This document shows, piece after piece, positions 24,784 through 36,938 of a DNA stretch of 64,000 nucleotides (the first letter of the stretch is position 1; each line of letters opens with the position of its first letter). The DNA is from Octopus sinensis (lineage: Eukaryota). Both the position numbers and the translations under genes were made by a program. The stretch is from assembly GCF_006345805.1 (NCBI RefSeq), contig NC_043000.1:83638001-83702000 (forward strand). The letters are read 5' to 3'. Under the pieces are notes generated by a model, which saw only the letters and a program-made list of their open reading frames with translations, was not told the DNA's origin and did not search any database.

Positions 24784-26812
24784 CTGAAGAATAATTAATA
24801 ATAACAGAGTTATGATAAGGTGAGATGTGGGTTATGATCACATGTTTGGACACACATAAATTAAGGTATAAATAATAGCATGTAAAAAAATATTAGGTTG
24901 AAATAGCACCCAAATAAACATAAGGGTCTGATAGATTAATGGTGTTTGTCAAAAGAGAGAGAGAGAAGGAGGGAGGAAGGGCAGTAATCCTTTTTTTGGA
25001 TAGAAAATGTTGATGGCCATTTGATTTTTTTTCTTTCCAAAAGGGTTTTCAACCCAATATTTATAAAAAGGGTAATCAGGGGGTAAAGACTCCCCTAAGT
25101 CCTGAATGACCATGGGATTGCACCTAGAAAGTCCTCCTCCAAGGCACAAGTCTGGGTGTAAGGTTGTTTATGGAAGACCAGCAGTCACCTGTGCATACCA
25201 GTCCTCCCTCTCCATGTCACCAATGTTATCCAAGAGCAAGGCAAAGGCACCTGTGACATTGCAACTCATTTCTACAGCTGAGTGAAATGGAGCAACATGA
25301 AATAAAGTGTCCTGCTCAAGAACACAACACATAACCTGGTTCAGGAATCAAACTCAGTAGCTCATGATTGTGATCCCAACACTCTAACTACTGAGCAAAG
25401 CCCTCCACTAGAAATAACAGTATTAATGATGTTTGTCGAGAGGGAGAGAGAGAGAGAGAGAGAGGGTAATCTGTTTTATGTTAGAAAATGTTGATGGCTG
25501 CTTTGACTTTTTCTTTCTAAAAAGGTTTTCCAACCCAATGTTTGTATGCTGTTATTTATAGCTTTATGTGATGTGCTTTGTGAGCCAATATTTCAAAAAT
25601 AATTATTTCATGCACTCTTGAGAGTTTATAAGTTCTTCTGACCTCAACAACACACACATAAATCCATTTTGACTTGGCCCAATGCTATAGTTTGAAGGTG
25701 AAGAGTGTGATATATTACTGGTACATAACAATTCCACAGAAGCCAACTGTGGAAAGATTTTACTTAAGGATGTTGGGAGATATCATTAAATACAGTACAT
25801 ATCTTAGTCTGGCACTGCACAATTTTGGCAACTTACAACCTTTATACATACAATAAACTTTTGGAGCTGGCATGCTATGTCTCTGACACATGGCATCTTC
25901 GCAGGATTAAATGTCTTAGTTGTTTTTTTTTTTTCCAGAGAAGTATGAAGTAGAAAAAAAAGTTTTCTTTTTTTTATTCATTTTTCTGAAGCACCTCAGA
26001 CAAGTGTCTTCTACTATAGGCCAGGGTCAACCAAAATTTTGTAAGCGGGCTTGGTAGATCGAAACTGAAAAAAAGCCCTTCATGTATATGTATGTGTGTG
26101 TGTGTGTTTGTCCCCTCTTGCATTGACAATATCACCTTCCTACAACTGATGTTTGTTTCCAATCTGTGAATTACATGTATGTACATGGGGAAATATTACC
26201 TTATTTGGAAACAAGTAAGGGTTGGCAACAAGAAGGGCATACAGCCATAGAAAATTTGCCTCAACAAATTCTATCTGCCTCATGCAGGTTTGGAAAAGTG
26301 GACATTAAGATGATGATGAGTTTTCTTTTTTTGTAATGAATATGAAGCTAAAAAAAAAAAAAACATGATTTTTAGGTCTGTCATTCTTAGGGTCATTTTT
26401 CTGAAGAACATTAGTAATGTAAAGTGAAAAGAAATGAGAATGAAAAGTGAGTTGTAGACTTGGTTTGTTGGAGCTTACCTGCTATTTACCATTGCCTGCA
26501 GATTTACATAAAAACACATGTGCAAACATACAATGAGACACAAACACACTTTAACAATACAGAGACACACATGCTCACATGGCAACACACATACACACAC
26601 AAACATACAATGAAAATATAAACACACACACCTTTGACAAGAAACACATGCTTCCACTCACAGCAACATAAACATTCACAATAACACTCATACAATACCA
26701 CAGAGACATCAGTAATATTTCTGCAATAGAGTGACAAATAGTCAGCAATGATGGTAATTTGGTTAGTTACAACGGCACACATACGTACATACACCACAGA
26801 CAACACGCACAC

Positions 26813-26865
<53 letters not shown>

Positions 26866-27009
26866 TGTCTTTGTCACTGTGGTTAGAAAATTGTGAATCA
26901 GAAGTACATAATTGAGTTAAACAGTAGAAATATCTGTTGATATTCTGACAGTATTAATGATGTTTGTAGAGAGAGGGGGAGGGGGAAAGAGGAAGAGAGA
27001 GAGGGAGGG

Positions 27010-27053
<44 letters not shown>

Positions 27054-27589
27054 ATAGACAGACAGAGACAGAGGGAGAGAGACAAGGCAGTAATGTTGAA
27101 AGTTGATAAATGTTGCAATGGTCTAATACCATCAACTGAAGAACAAGTAGTTGTGCGGTGTGTGTGTGTGTGTGTGTGTGTTGTGGTTTGTGAGTTTAGC
27201 CTCTGACACAGCATTTGCTTGAACTCAACTCAGCCTGAATCAAGTAGAATAATAACCAGAAGTATTCCAGTTGTGACCAATCCACTTTTGTTTTTTTTAG
27301 AACATAGTGTATCTAAGACTTCATAATCCATTGAGTCTGTCTATTTATTTTTTTTCAAAAGATATTGATGTGATTTAAAGGAGCTCCGACTACTGTTACT
27401 AGCAGATTGAGCAATCTCACTGAAGCTTTCCCTCTGGTACATTACATTACTAATCACTATGAACATCATTGAACATTGAGTTCTATATGTGGTTGTTATT
27501 GTTTAATATCAGGTAAGCTCTGAATGAGCAGGCCTATAATTAAAGGTATTTCAGCTGTGCCCCTCCTGTCATTAATTGAGTCATACTAT

Positions 27590-27900
27590 ATACAGGACAA
27601 TCTTGTCAATGTATTCTCCATAGTACATGTAGGATAATATCAATGTGTACCCATGATATATGTAATACATTATCAATGTGTCTTGTCTGTGTAGAACAAT
27701 GTTATCAAAGTGTCTCCCACATGTGGGACAACATTATCAGTGTGTCGCCTACATGTAGCACATCATCATCATCATCATCGTAGCACATTATTGATATAAC
27801 CTAAAGTGTTGGATATCATGATCAATGTGTTCCCTATAGGATGACTGTATCCCATGACTGTATGTAGGATGACTGTATCCCATGTAGCTACCAGATACAG
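27590..27900. repeat. Decayed ~30-bp minisatellite (catgtaggacaa..ttatcaatgtgtc)
   Basis: Recurring atcaatgtgt and gtaggat motifs. Confidence 0.65.
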
Positions 27901-28193
27901 AGTATTTACAATTGTATCACTTGACAATTTCTTTCTTCCTTTTATGGTAGTAGAGCATAATTTGAAGGAGAATTGACTGCTTTTTGAGAAGGTCAAGCAA
28001 ACTTTGCATAAGAACCCTTCTTATTTATTTGTTGAAGTGACTGATGTTATGAAGAGCATAGAGTTGTAAAATATATTTTAAAATCTTAATGAAAACATTA
28101 AGATTTGAAAAATACATCAATTACTTTAGAAAATAATGGTGTTAAAAATATGTTATCATTTGAATAAGGCAATGGAAGGGCCATAGCATTTAA

Positions 28194-28386
28194 CCCTTTA
28201 GCATTTAAACTGGCCACATCTGGCACAAATATGCTGCCTGTTTTATGTTCTAATCAGCTAGATCCAGCCTGTTACACCTACCCTTCAATGCCATTCTAAA
28301 TATCACAATTTCAAAGCTATGATTAATTTAAAACAGTATGAATGAAAAAGCATTACATTTGACAGAATAATTTGAATGCTAAAGGA
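28194..28386. mobile_element. piggyBac-type MITE
   Basis: TIRs ccctttagcatt / aatgctaaagga flanked by TTAA at 28190-28193 and 28387-28390. Confidence 0.8.
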
Positions 28387-28833
28387 TTAAAGGTTCTTCA
28401 AAACCAGGTAAATATTGATAAAAGTATGATAATGTTGAAGGTACAGAGAGCACTACATTTCAGCTTGAAGTATAGGGGTGGATGGGTTAATGTACAATAG
28501 AGCTGACACAATGGGGGAGGGTTTGTTGCAGAACATGGGTTTAGATACAGGGGTGGTATTCAGTCAGTGAGTTCAGAGAAGATCATGGGAGTTTCTGATA
28601 AAAAAACTCAGGGAGAAGTCAGAGGAAAGCGGTTGAAGAGTAGGTAAATAAAGACAAGTAGCTGTTCTTTGAAAGGAACTCAAAAGGTGATGGTGTCAGC
28701 ACCGTCCTAAATGTTCATATGTGTATGTGTATTACATTTGATTTAACAAATTAAGTTTGAATATATTCAATTAATGTAAATAAATAAGACATGAGATGGA
28801 AACAAATAAACAAGCAAATAACACAAAACTCAC

Positions 28834-28956
28834 CAGTCTGCTGTGTATGTTGAGGTTTAGCAGAGAGAATATTGCAAAATACTTCCTGCATTTCAGTCAA
28901 CCATTCCATAGAAGGTGGACCATCTTGGCAGGGCAATAATTTTAGCAAGTCAGGAT
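28834..28956 (-). CDS. TBC1D32: TBC1D32 exon 6 of 13 visible (phase 1-1)
   Basis: atttaattacag|DPDLLKLLPCQDGPPSMEWLTEMQEVFCNILSAKPQHTQQT|gtgagt; human DNDLDKLL...TEWIENCQRQFCKMMKAKP. Confidence 0.9.
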
Positions 28957-29699
28957 CTGTAATTAAATGAGCACCTGGTTAGATAAAGAATTAGTTTTGA
29001 TGAGATGAAGTTTAGTGTAACTGACACTCTCTAATAAGAAAAATCCAGAGGAACTTCTTAGCAGACCATGGGATTGCACCTAGAACGTTACCATCCCAGG
29101 CACAAGTCTGGGCAAGGTTGTTTATGGAAGACCAGTAGTCACCCATGCATACCGGCCTCCCCTCTCTACGCCGCCAGTGTTATTCAAGGGAAAGGCAATG
29201 GCCGATACAGCTTGGCACCTGTGTCACTGCAACTCATTTCTACAGCTGAGTGAACTGGAGCAATGTGAAATAAAGTGTCATGCTCAAGAACACAACACGT
29301 AGCCTGGTCCGGGATTCAAGCTCACAACCTCATGATTGTAAGCTTGACACTCTAACCACTGAGCCATGTGCCTGGAGAAGACATTTGCAATTTAGCGCAA
29401 TTTGTGGTCTGGTAAAATGCATGTGTCAATGTCATGTAAAATGCACTTGTGCCAGTGGCATGTAAAAAGTACCCAGCAAACTCTGTAAAGTGGTTGGCAT
29501 TAGGAAGGTCATCCAGCCAAAACAGACAATTGGATCCTTGACAGCTTCTGTCAAACTGTCCAACCCATACCAGCATGGAAAACGAACATTAAATGATGAA
29601 GATGATGATGGTTATTAGAAAAAACGACTAGTTGCAGATAGTTTGTGAGAGCTATGGATGCCAGGAACAGAAATGTCAGCAAGGTTGAGAGTTAGCAAT

Positions 29700-29900
29700 G
29701 AGTTCTGCAAAGAATTAGCGTGCAGAGAGGAGCCCATCAAAACTGACTTTTTAGTCTCCTCTTGTTATAACAATTCTCAAGCCTTTAACAGGAGTTTATG
29801 ACTAATTATCAATGGGGACTTCTGTATGCTGATGACATGTTCTGCAGAATCTTGCAAAATAAAATTGAGAAGAAATTCCAAACATGGCACTAACACCTAG
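29700..29900 (+). mobile_element. RTE RT-core relic
   Basis: SPLVI...GLLYADD (cttctgtatgctgatgac) motif; similar to 53200-53380. Confidence 0.55.
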
Positions 29901-30179
29901 AATTGAAAGGCCTCAATACAAACCAAGCAATGGTAAATGTTTAGCAGAAATCAAACACGAGATAACTTGTTCAATTTGCAGAAAGGAGCAAGTTGGGATT
30001 CTGTGTGGTGAGCCAAAAGTTGGAACTATAGATACAAAAAACATTTGTTGCAAAAACGCGACTTTTTGCGACAAATTTTTTTATACAATAACAATTTTTC
30101 AGGTCGAATCTGGACTGGTGATCCTGAAATTTTGGATTCCTATGTTTTCATTACTGCGATTGTTTTCAATGATTTTTTT

Positions 30180-30310
30180 TGTTGCATGATTTTTTGCGCC
30201 AAATATGATCATCATTGGGATATGACTGTGGAGGAAGCAATTGCAACAAATTCTCCAAAACAAGTCAGATATCTGTTTGCAGATCTTCTCATTTGGGGTC
30301 AGTTGCTTAA
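30180..30310 (+). mobile_element. Helitron RepHel mid-region fragment
   Basis: DHHWDMTVEEAIATNSPKQVRYLFADLLIWG resembles the Helitron D.EW..TL.EA....SP.QLR.LF..IL motif. Confidence 0.6.
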
Positions 30311-30914
30311 AAGCTATATACTAGCTTAAAAGGCAATCCACAATTCAAAACAAAAGACTCAATACTTTAGGAATGTAGAGTATACTTATTTTTATTAACA
30401 AGAGATTAAGTGAAAATATTTCTTCACAGATCTTCTGTGATAAGAATTATGCTGGCTGAAACCACCATAATATACATAAAACAGTACCACTAGCAATGTT
30501 ACACTCACATATTACATAAAGCAGATTCAATGCAATAAAAACCATGAAGACAAAATACTGTGTATAACCAAAGTGCATGGAGTTGCATCTGACTGTGCAG
30601 TCAAAATGTGTAATAAAATAAGACTACTGAAATGCTGGTTTCAAAATTTGGCACAAGGTCAGCAATTTGGGGGCAGGGGTAAGTTAATTACATTGACCCC
30701 CCCCACTTAATGTTCAACTGGTACTTCATTTATTGACCCTGAAAGGATGAAAAGGCAAAATTGACCTTGGCAGAATTTGAACTCAGAATGTAAAGGCAAA
30801 CAAAATACTGCTAAACATTTTGCCTGATGCAGTAATGATTCTGCCAGCTTGCCACCTTGGACTACTGAAATATTAATATTATTCATACTAAGTTATGAAC
30901 AGAATATGACTTAC

Positions 30915-31011
30915 CATCTTTTAACTGGGTTGACTTAGTTATGGGAAGTGTGTATACATCTGGGACAGGATATTTTGAAAACAAAGGATAAGAGTAAACA
31001 TTATCTGAATC
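30915..31011 (-). CDS. TBC1D32: TBC1D32 exon 5 of 13 visible (phase 0-1)
   Basis: gtttactttcag|DSDNVYSYPLFSKYPVPDVYTLPITKSTQLKD|gtaagt; human SDNPYPWPMFSSYPLPNCY. Confidence 0.93.
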
Positions 31012-32019
31012 CTGAAAGTAAACAAGAGACAATATCAGACATGAACTAACACTAATTATATCAACAGATTTTAAAAAATATTTAATATCTTTTAAACTTT
31101 TCCAAAGAGAAAGGTTTTCAGTGTAAGAACTTAGGAAAAATAAAAGAAATAGAAGACATTGGATGAATGAATGAAGAGGATTATTGTGACTGATGTTTTG
31201 TTGGCTTCAGTCATATCTGCTTGAGTAACAAACAAGTAGATGATTGAACAAAGCATTTGATAGGATATTTTTGGTGATGGCCAATGTAAATTTATGGCAG
31301 ATATACACATATGTAAATGTCTATTATAGGGCTTTTAAATGACCAGTGTTTATTTCTAGCTTTATAGCATTAAACAAGTAATATATAAATGGTTCTGTTG
31401 AAGAAGACATAAGACTACACTAAATCAATTAATATTTCTAAATGATTTGGTAGAGAACTGAGCTGAGGCATGATTAATTAATTGTATTGGTGGTCAAATA
31501 CACAACACAAGTACTTTGGGGTTTTCAACATCTGTTTGATTGCGAGGCAGCCTGTTAATAGATTTTGGTGCTTGGAGTTGATTCAGAATATTCTGGGTGG
31601 GCACTAATTTGTAAAAATGCTAAAGCAGACTTTCAAAATATGTGTACCACAGGAAATTTGAAGATGCACCATTGAATAGTGAGGGATCAGTGCTGTCCAG
31701 TGCATCTCCTTAGTGATGGTCATATAGGAAAGAGGCCCTTGAGCTCAGGGCCTTCATGGGCACTCCAAGAATGATGATTAACATCTATTTTGTTTAGTTG
31801 AAAATGAGTTACTGCAAGAAAAAACAAGGAGTGAATTCTAGAGGTCTACATTTTGGAAAGGAAAGACAGGGTATAGTGGTTAGTGTAGAATCAAGAGATG
31901 AATGTTGGTGGATACAATGTGGATGATGAGATAAGATGAGTAAGTGTTAACATAGTGAGGACATGAGACCAGTTAATCTCAAGGAGCAGAAGTCACTATA
32001 GTAGTAATAGGATATATAT

Positions 32020-32350
32020 CATCATCATCGTTTAACGTCCATTTTCCATGCTAGCATGGGTTGGACAGTTCGACCGGAGCCTAGGAAGCCAGGAGGCTGT
32101 GCCAGGTTCCAGTCTGATCTGCCAGTGTTTCTACAGCTGGATGCCCTTGCTAATGCCAACCACTCCGTAAGTGTAGTGGGTGCTTTTTATGTGCCACCGG
32201 CACAGGGTCCAGAGGAGGCTGGCAAATGGCCACGATTGGTTGGTGCTTTTTACGTGTCACCGACATGGACGCCAGTCAGGCAGCACTGGCATCGGCCACG
32301 TTCAGATGGTGCTTTTTATGTTCCACTGACATGGGTATCACAACTACATA
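32020..32350 (+). mobile_element. Non-autonomous repeat ending in (CAT)n on this strand (RTE-tail-like family D)
   Basis: catcatcatcgtttaacgtcc...gcatgggttggacag...ggatgcccttgctaatgccaaccac. Related pieces at 14820-15020, 26200-26320, 29420-29610, 47950-48160, 51720-51940, 54255-54565, 56250-56370, 58935-59095, 60630-60830. Confidence 0.75.
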
Positions 32351-32600
32351 TATATATATAAATACAAAATGGGACAAGAACGCAAAACACTCAAATAGAT
32401 GACCCAAAAAACAGACGGGTCATTCGAAGCCTCTAATCTTCAGTCAAGAACCGGATCATCCTTGCAATTTCGGCTGATTAATCTTGAGATCGCTCCGATC
32501 TGGCCAGCCCCAAGGAAAAACTAAGCTATGAGCATTAGATTTCTTGGAAAAAGGATCGAATGTATACAAAACAAGGACAGAAAAACGGATGATGCCACAC

Positions 32601-32682
<82 letters not shown>

Positions 32683-33281
32683 AAACATAGCATGACTGTT
32701 AGTTAAAGAATGTTAGTGAGGAGTGATTTCATACAGGTCAGTCAAGTGGTTTTTCTTTGGATATGGTCAAGGCTCTCTGTGAGAGTAGCAGTAGCACTGT
32801 CCAAAATGCAGATACAGTATTAATAGAGTGAGTATCACTTGAACTTTATCAGTAGCTGTAGTGTGGTGGAGAATTTTACTGATTATGAAAGCAATGAAAA
32901 CCATGAAGGTGAGTCTTTATATTGCCTTCTTGGGTATGCTGAAGACATGCAGTGACAATGATGTCTAGCATTTGTTGTAACTTTGAGTTGTCTAATTGCT
33001 GTTGTTTAAGTTTGAAAGTGTGATCAGTGATAATGTTCTATTAAAAATATTATCATACTGTCATAGAAAAGTTTCAATGATGATTATATATAATTAGTCA
33101 GAGTTATATATATATAAATAGTCACAGATAGTTATATATATAGTGTGAGTCAATTAAAGTAATGTGTTTTGCCTTGGAACAAAACACATTAGCTTTAGAA
33201 ATTATGATCCTGTAATGAGTAATAAAACACTTAAAAACATGGCCACAGTGGCTTTGAGGTTGGTTAAAAGAAAACATTTAC

Positions 33282-33390
33282 CTGTTGAAGAGTTCGAGGA
33301 GGTAACTGGCGTTCGGTTGGTCCACCAACAAGATATGATTGGACAAGAATGTAATTTCTCTCAAGTGATATCATGTCTATGATGATGGTA
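33282..33390 (-). CDS. TBC1D32: TBC1D32 exon 4 of 13 visible (phase 2-0)
   Basis: tttccaatctag|TIIIDMISLERNYILVQSYLVGGPTERQLPPRTLQQ|gtaaat; human [33 protein letters not shown]. Confidence 0.95.
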
Positions 33391-34738
33391 CTAGATTGGA
33401 AACAAGAAAACCTTAAATAATGATTTATACAGAATGTACTACAAATTTTTTTATTCCTTCATCTTATATAGAAGTCTATAGATGTTAGGAGGTATTTATT
33501 TTAGTTCATGTCGGTAAAATATTACAGTCCACTAATAATGCTCATGTATTTCTCTGCCACATTCAGTAAATTGACAAACCATCCTCTTCTTCCTCACCAT
33601 CACCACCCAAACCACTAAGGGAATTTCTATATGGTCAGTGAAACTACAAGAAAATATGGCCAAGTACTCCTTCATCCATATCCTATAGTTTTAAAAGAGA
33701 AGAAGGTATGTGCGTGCTAAATATTATAGTCCTAGATACATTATACCTCAGAAAATGAGAGGGTGATCATAGCTTGAAAATCTTGAATCACAGGTCTGTC
33801 CCATCAAGGTTGACCTGGGGTTTAAACAACAACAACAACAATGGTTAACTGTGATTAACTGCATGAAGTGAATGAAAACCACGCATACACTCTCTCTCAT
33901 ACATTCATACACATATTCACACACACACATACATATGGACATACTCATACAACCATACACACAGACATGCATGCACATCGAAACACACATACATACGGAT
34001 ATACAGACACACACACACACACACACACACTCACTCCTGGCAAAATCAATGTTATTATAATACTAATAATATTTATAATCATTTAACTAACAACAACATT
34101 TATTCATTACTCTCAATTAAATGGAATATTTACTTAATCAAATTAAGAAACAAAGTGAATTTAATCCTGTTTTCTTCAGTACCTGCACTACATACATACA
34201 CATGTCCTAGACAGCTAGTGACTTATGGTTCAATACCATCTGTGGGCTCTTTGTTATTTTACAATCTTGAATTATCATTTAAGAAATAATCTTGAATTAT
34301 CATTTAAGAAATATATGATATTTAAAAAAACTTTAAAAATGCCATATTTACATTATGTATTTTTCAAATTATTACTATTTATAATTTAATGATGTACAAG
34401 TATGGTGATGCAATTAGGAAAAATAGAACTCAAAATATAAGCATATGTATATTTTTATTAATATTTAGCAGAAACAACAGAGTGACACAAGGGCTGAGAG
34501 TTTTGTGCATTGGCACTTATTGCCAAATCACGAAACTCTTGGCCCTTGAATCACTTTGTGGCTTCAGCTAAATATTAACTAAAATATAATTTATTGATGT
34601 ATATATATGTACAGCTATGTGTGTTTATATATATGTGTTCATATGACTATGTACGTATATATGTATAGATCTGGTTATGCACATAAGTATTTTTGTGTAC
34701 AACTGCCTTTGTTTGTATGTACAGATATATCTGTTTGC

Positions 34739-34790
<52 letters not shown>

Positions 34791-34846
34791 ATATATTTAT
34801 AAATGTACATTTATCTGAGTGTATGTGTGTATATAAATAGAATTAC

Positions 34847-34960
34847 CTGCTGTTATGTGAAGTGTGTTGTTCTTGGGCTTTAAGGAGCAGTTCTTGGAAT
34901 TGGTACTGAGCTTGCAACAAGAGGCAGATATCCAAAGAATAGATGAGATCACTTAAAAAA
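34847..34960 (-). CDS. TBC1D32: TBC1D32 exon 3 of 13 visible (phase 2-2)
   Basis: ctaattttag|FLSDLIYSLDICLLLQAQYQFQELLLKAQEQHTSHNS|gtaatt; human LLSVICCDLDTLLLLEAQYQVSEMLLNAQEE. Confidence 0.93.
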
Positions 34961-35874
34961 CTAAAATTAGAATACAAGATGGATTTTAGCCAGAATTCTA
35001 TGATAAACAATTGTAATAGAGAACATGAGAAGAGAGTACATATTTTTGTGATGGATGACAAAGAACACGTACACACACATACTTGGAATTATTTGAAGAA
35101 ATTTAATATTTGGAGTAGATTTCTTCAAATCTTATTTATTCTCTTAGTATTTCTTTTACACTCTCTGCATACTACAGTTGATTTGTGAGGTTGCAGAGAA
35201 GATTGTTAGTTTACTGTAATATTTTAAATGATTGTTTTTCTTTCTTGGCATCATGTGGTTCCACCATAGAATGGAATAAAGACTGTGGTCATACACATGG
35301 TAATATTTGGGCTGATATTTTAGTTAGTTATTTTAGTTAGTTCTACAGTATTAAGCACTTCATTTAGAGAGGATCAGTGATAAAAATATTGAACTGATTG
35401 AAAAGAAGAGTGATAGAAATTTATAGCTCTAGTCCACTTATATTTACGCACACTTTCTAATGAGAGATCTTCAGTGTAGTCATGCAATCTGCTTAATAAG
35501 CATTCTACTGTTAAAATGGAGGTTAGATATTTTAAAGTCTTGCTCTATAATAAAAATTATCACTAGAACATCCATCAATTGAGTCAGATACAAACTAACA
35601 AACTAGACAACTTAGAGCTGTATACCTTGAGTGAAAGGCCTAAGAACTGGCCTTAAACAGTTACTGAAACTAGTTACCATATTGTTAGTTCTGCCAGAGT
35701 TGATGGTGAGTGGATAACACAACATTAATGTTGAAATCAAATACAATTTTCACAATGGTTATATGTGTAAACAGTTTATACTTCACTGTTTGCATATATA
35801 TGTGTGTGTGTGTATGCGTATATATATATATATATATATATAAATATGTGTATGTATGTATGTATATCTATCTA

Positions 35875-35925
<51 letters not shown>

Positions 35926-36156
35926 GTATATATATATATATATATATTATGTGAAATAGAAAGATGAATAATCTTGTAGTAGATTAATCAAAAGTTTAAC
36001 CGATACCTTGGTAGCAAAAATCACAGCAGTAAACAGCACGGTTGGAGGTACAACCATATGGTGTTGCAACCGTGCGTTGGTGCGGATAATTGAAATTAAA
36101 ATATTATTGGTGAATTGAAGAAATGGAGCTGAACGCAGATTGAACAGAAATCGTTT

Positions 36157-36249
36157 TATTTCATTCTACACGTGTTTCGAAAGGCACAATTTACCAAAAT
36201 CCGATTGAATAATGGGACCATATTGTGTCTTTCTCTTCAGGAAGAAATA
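36157..36249 (-). ncRNA. Type I hammerhead ribozyme, left arm (mirror copy)
   Basis: Exact reverse complement of 36741-36833; sense to TBC1D32 pre-mRNA. Confidence 0.85.
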
Positions 36250-36740
36250 GGAAATCCGTTGGAAAAAACAAAAACAGAACAGAGGCGGAGCAAAACAAAT
36301 CGAACTAGGCTCCTAAGAGCCCATGGCAAAACTGTTTATCAGTGTATGTTGAGAACCGGTGGCTGAAGAATTTAACGGGTCAGGCATCGGTCAATCATGT
36401 GGGTGAGGGTGTGTAGATGTTCTTTGTGACCGAGAATAAAGTTCTGACTATTTAAGGAATATTGGATGTTTTATAAGGGGCGAGAAAAAATCTACTTAGA
36501 GACGTGTGTGTGTATACTGTTCTATATATGTGTGTGCTGGCGTTGGGGTTTTATTCTCGGTCACAAAGAACATCTACACACCCTCACCCACATGATTGAC
36601 CGATGCCTGACCCGTTAAATTCTTCAGCCACCGGTTCTCAACATACACTGATAAACAGTTTTGCCATGGGCTCTTAGGAGCCTAGTTCGATTTGTTTTGC
36701 TCCGCCTCTGTTCTGTTTTTGTTTTTTCCAACGGATTTCC

Positions 36741-36833
36741 TATTTCTTCCTGAAGAGAAAGACACAATATGGTCCCATTATTCAATCGGATTTTGGTAAA
36801 TTGTGCCTTTCGAAACACGTGTAGAATGAAATA
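36741..36833 (+). ncRNA. Type I hammerhead ribozyme (minimal PLE type), right arm
   Basis: Stem I tatttcttc/gaatgaaata; core CTGAAGA 36750-36756; stem II gaaagacacaat/attgtgcctttc (11 of 12 pairs); GAAA 36812-36815; C-acgt-G minimal stem III; GTA cleavage triplet 36821-36823. Confidence 0.85.
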
Positions 36834-36898
36834 AAACGATTTCTGTTCAATCTGCGTTCAGCTCCATTTCTTCAATTGACCAATATATATATATATAT

Positions 36899-36938
<40 letters not shown>

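Larger units (their letters stand above)
35968..36885 (-). mobile_element. Penelope-like element terminal (pLTR) region with inverted duplication
   Basis: Shares blocks (cgatacc-ggtagcaaa, cacggttg, aatggag-tgaacg) with the Penelope terminus at 48455-48730 and carries a hammerhead. Inverted pLTR copies are a known PLE insertion pattern. Confidence 0.75.
36105..36885. repeat. Long inverted repeat: arms 36105-36440 and 36550-36885, 109-bp spacer
   Basis: Arms are reverse complements (coordinate sum 72990). One mismatch seen (36112/36878). The same 64-aa ORF appears at 36172-36366 + and 36624-36818 -. Confidence 0.97.

Noticed and set aside
26479-26495. 17-nt micro-exon with cag|gtaagc
   Set aside because: It would shift the frame between two exons that already join 1-1; there is no homology support.
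36172-36818. Identical 64-aa ORF on both strands
   Set aside because: A by-product of the inverted repeat, overlapping the ribozyme; no recognisable domain.
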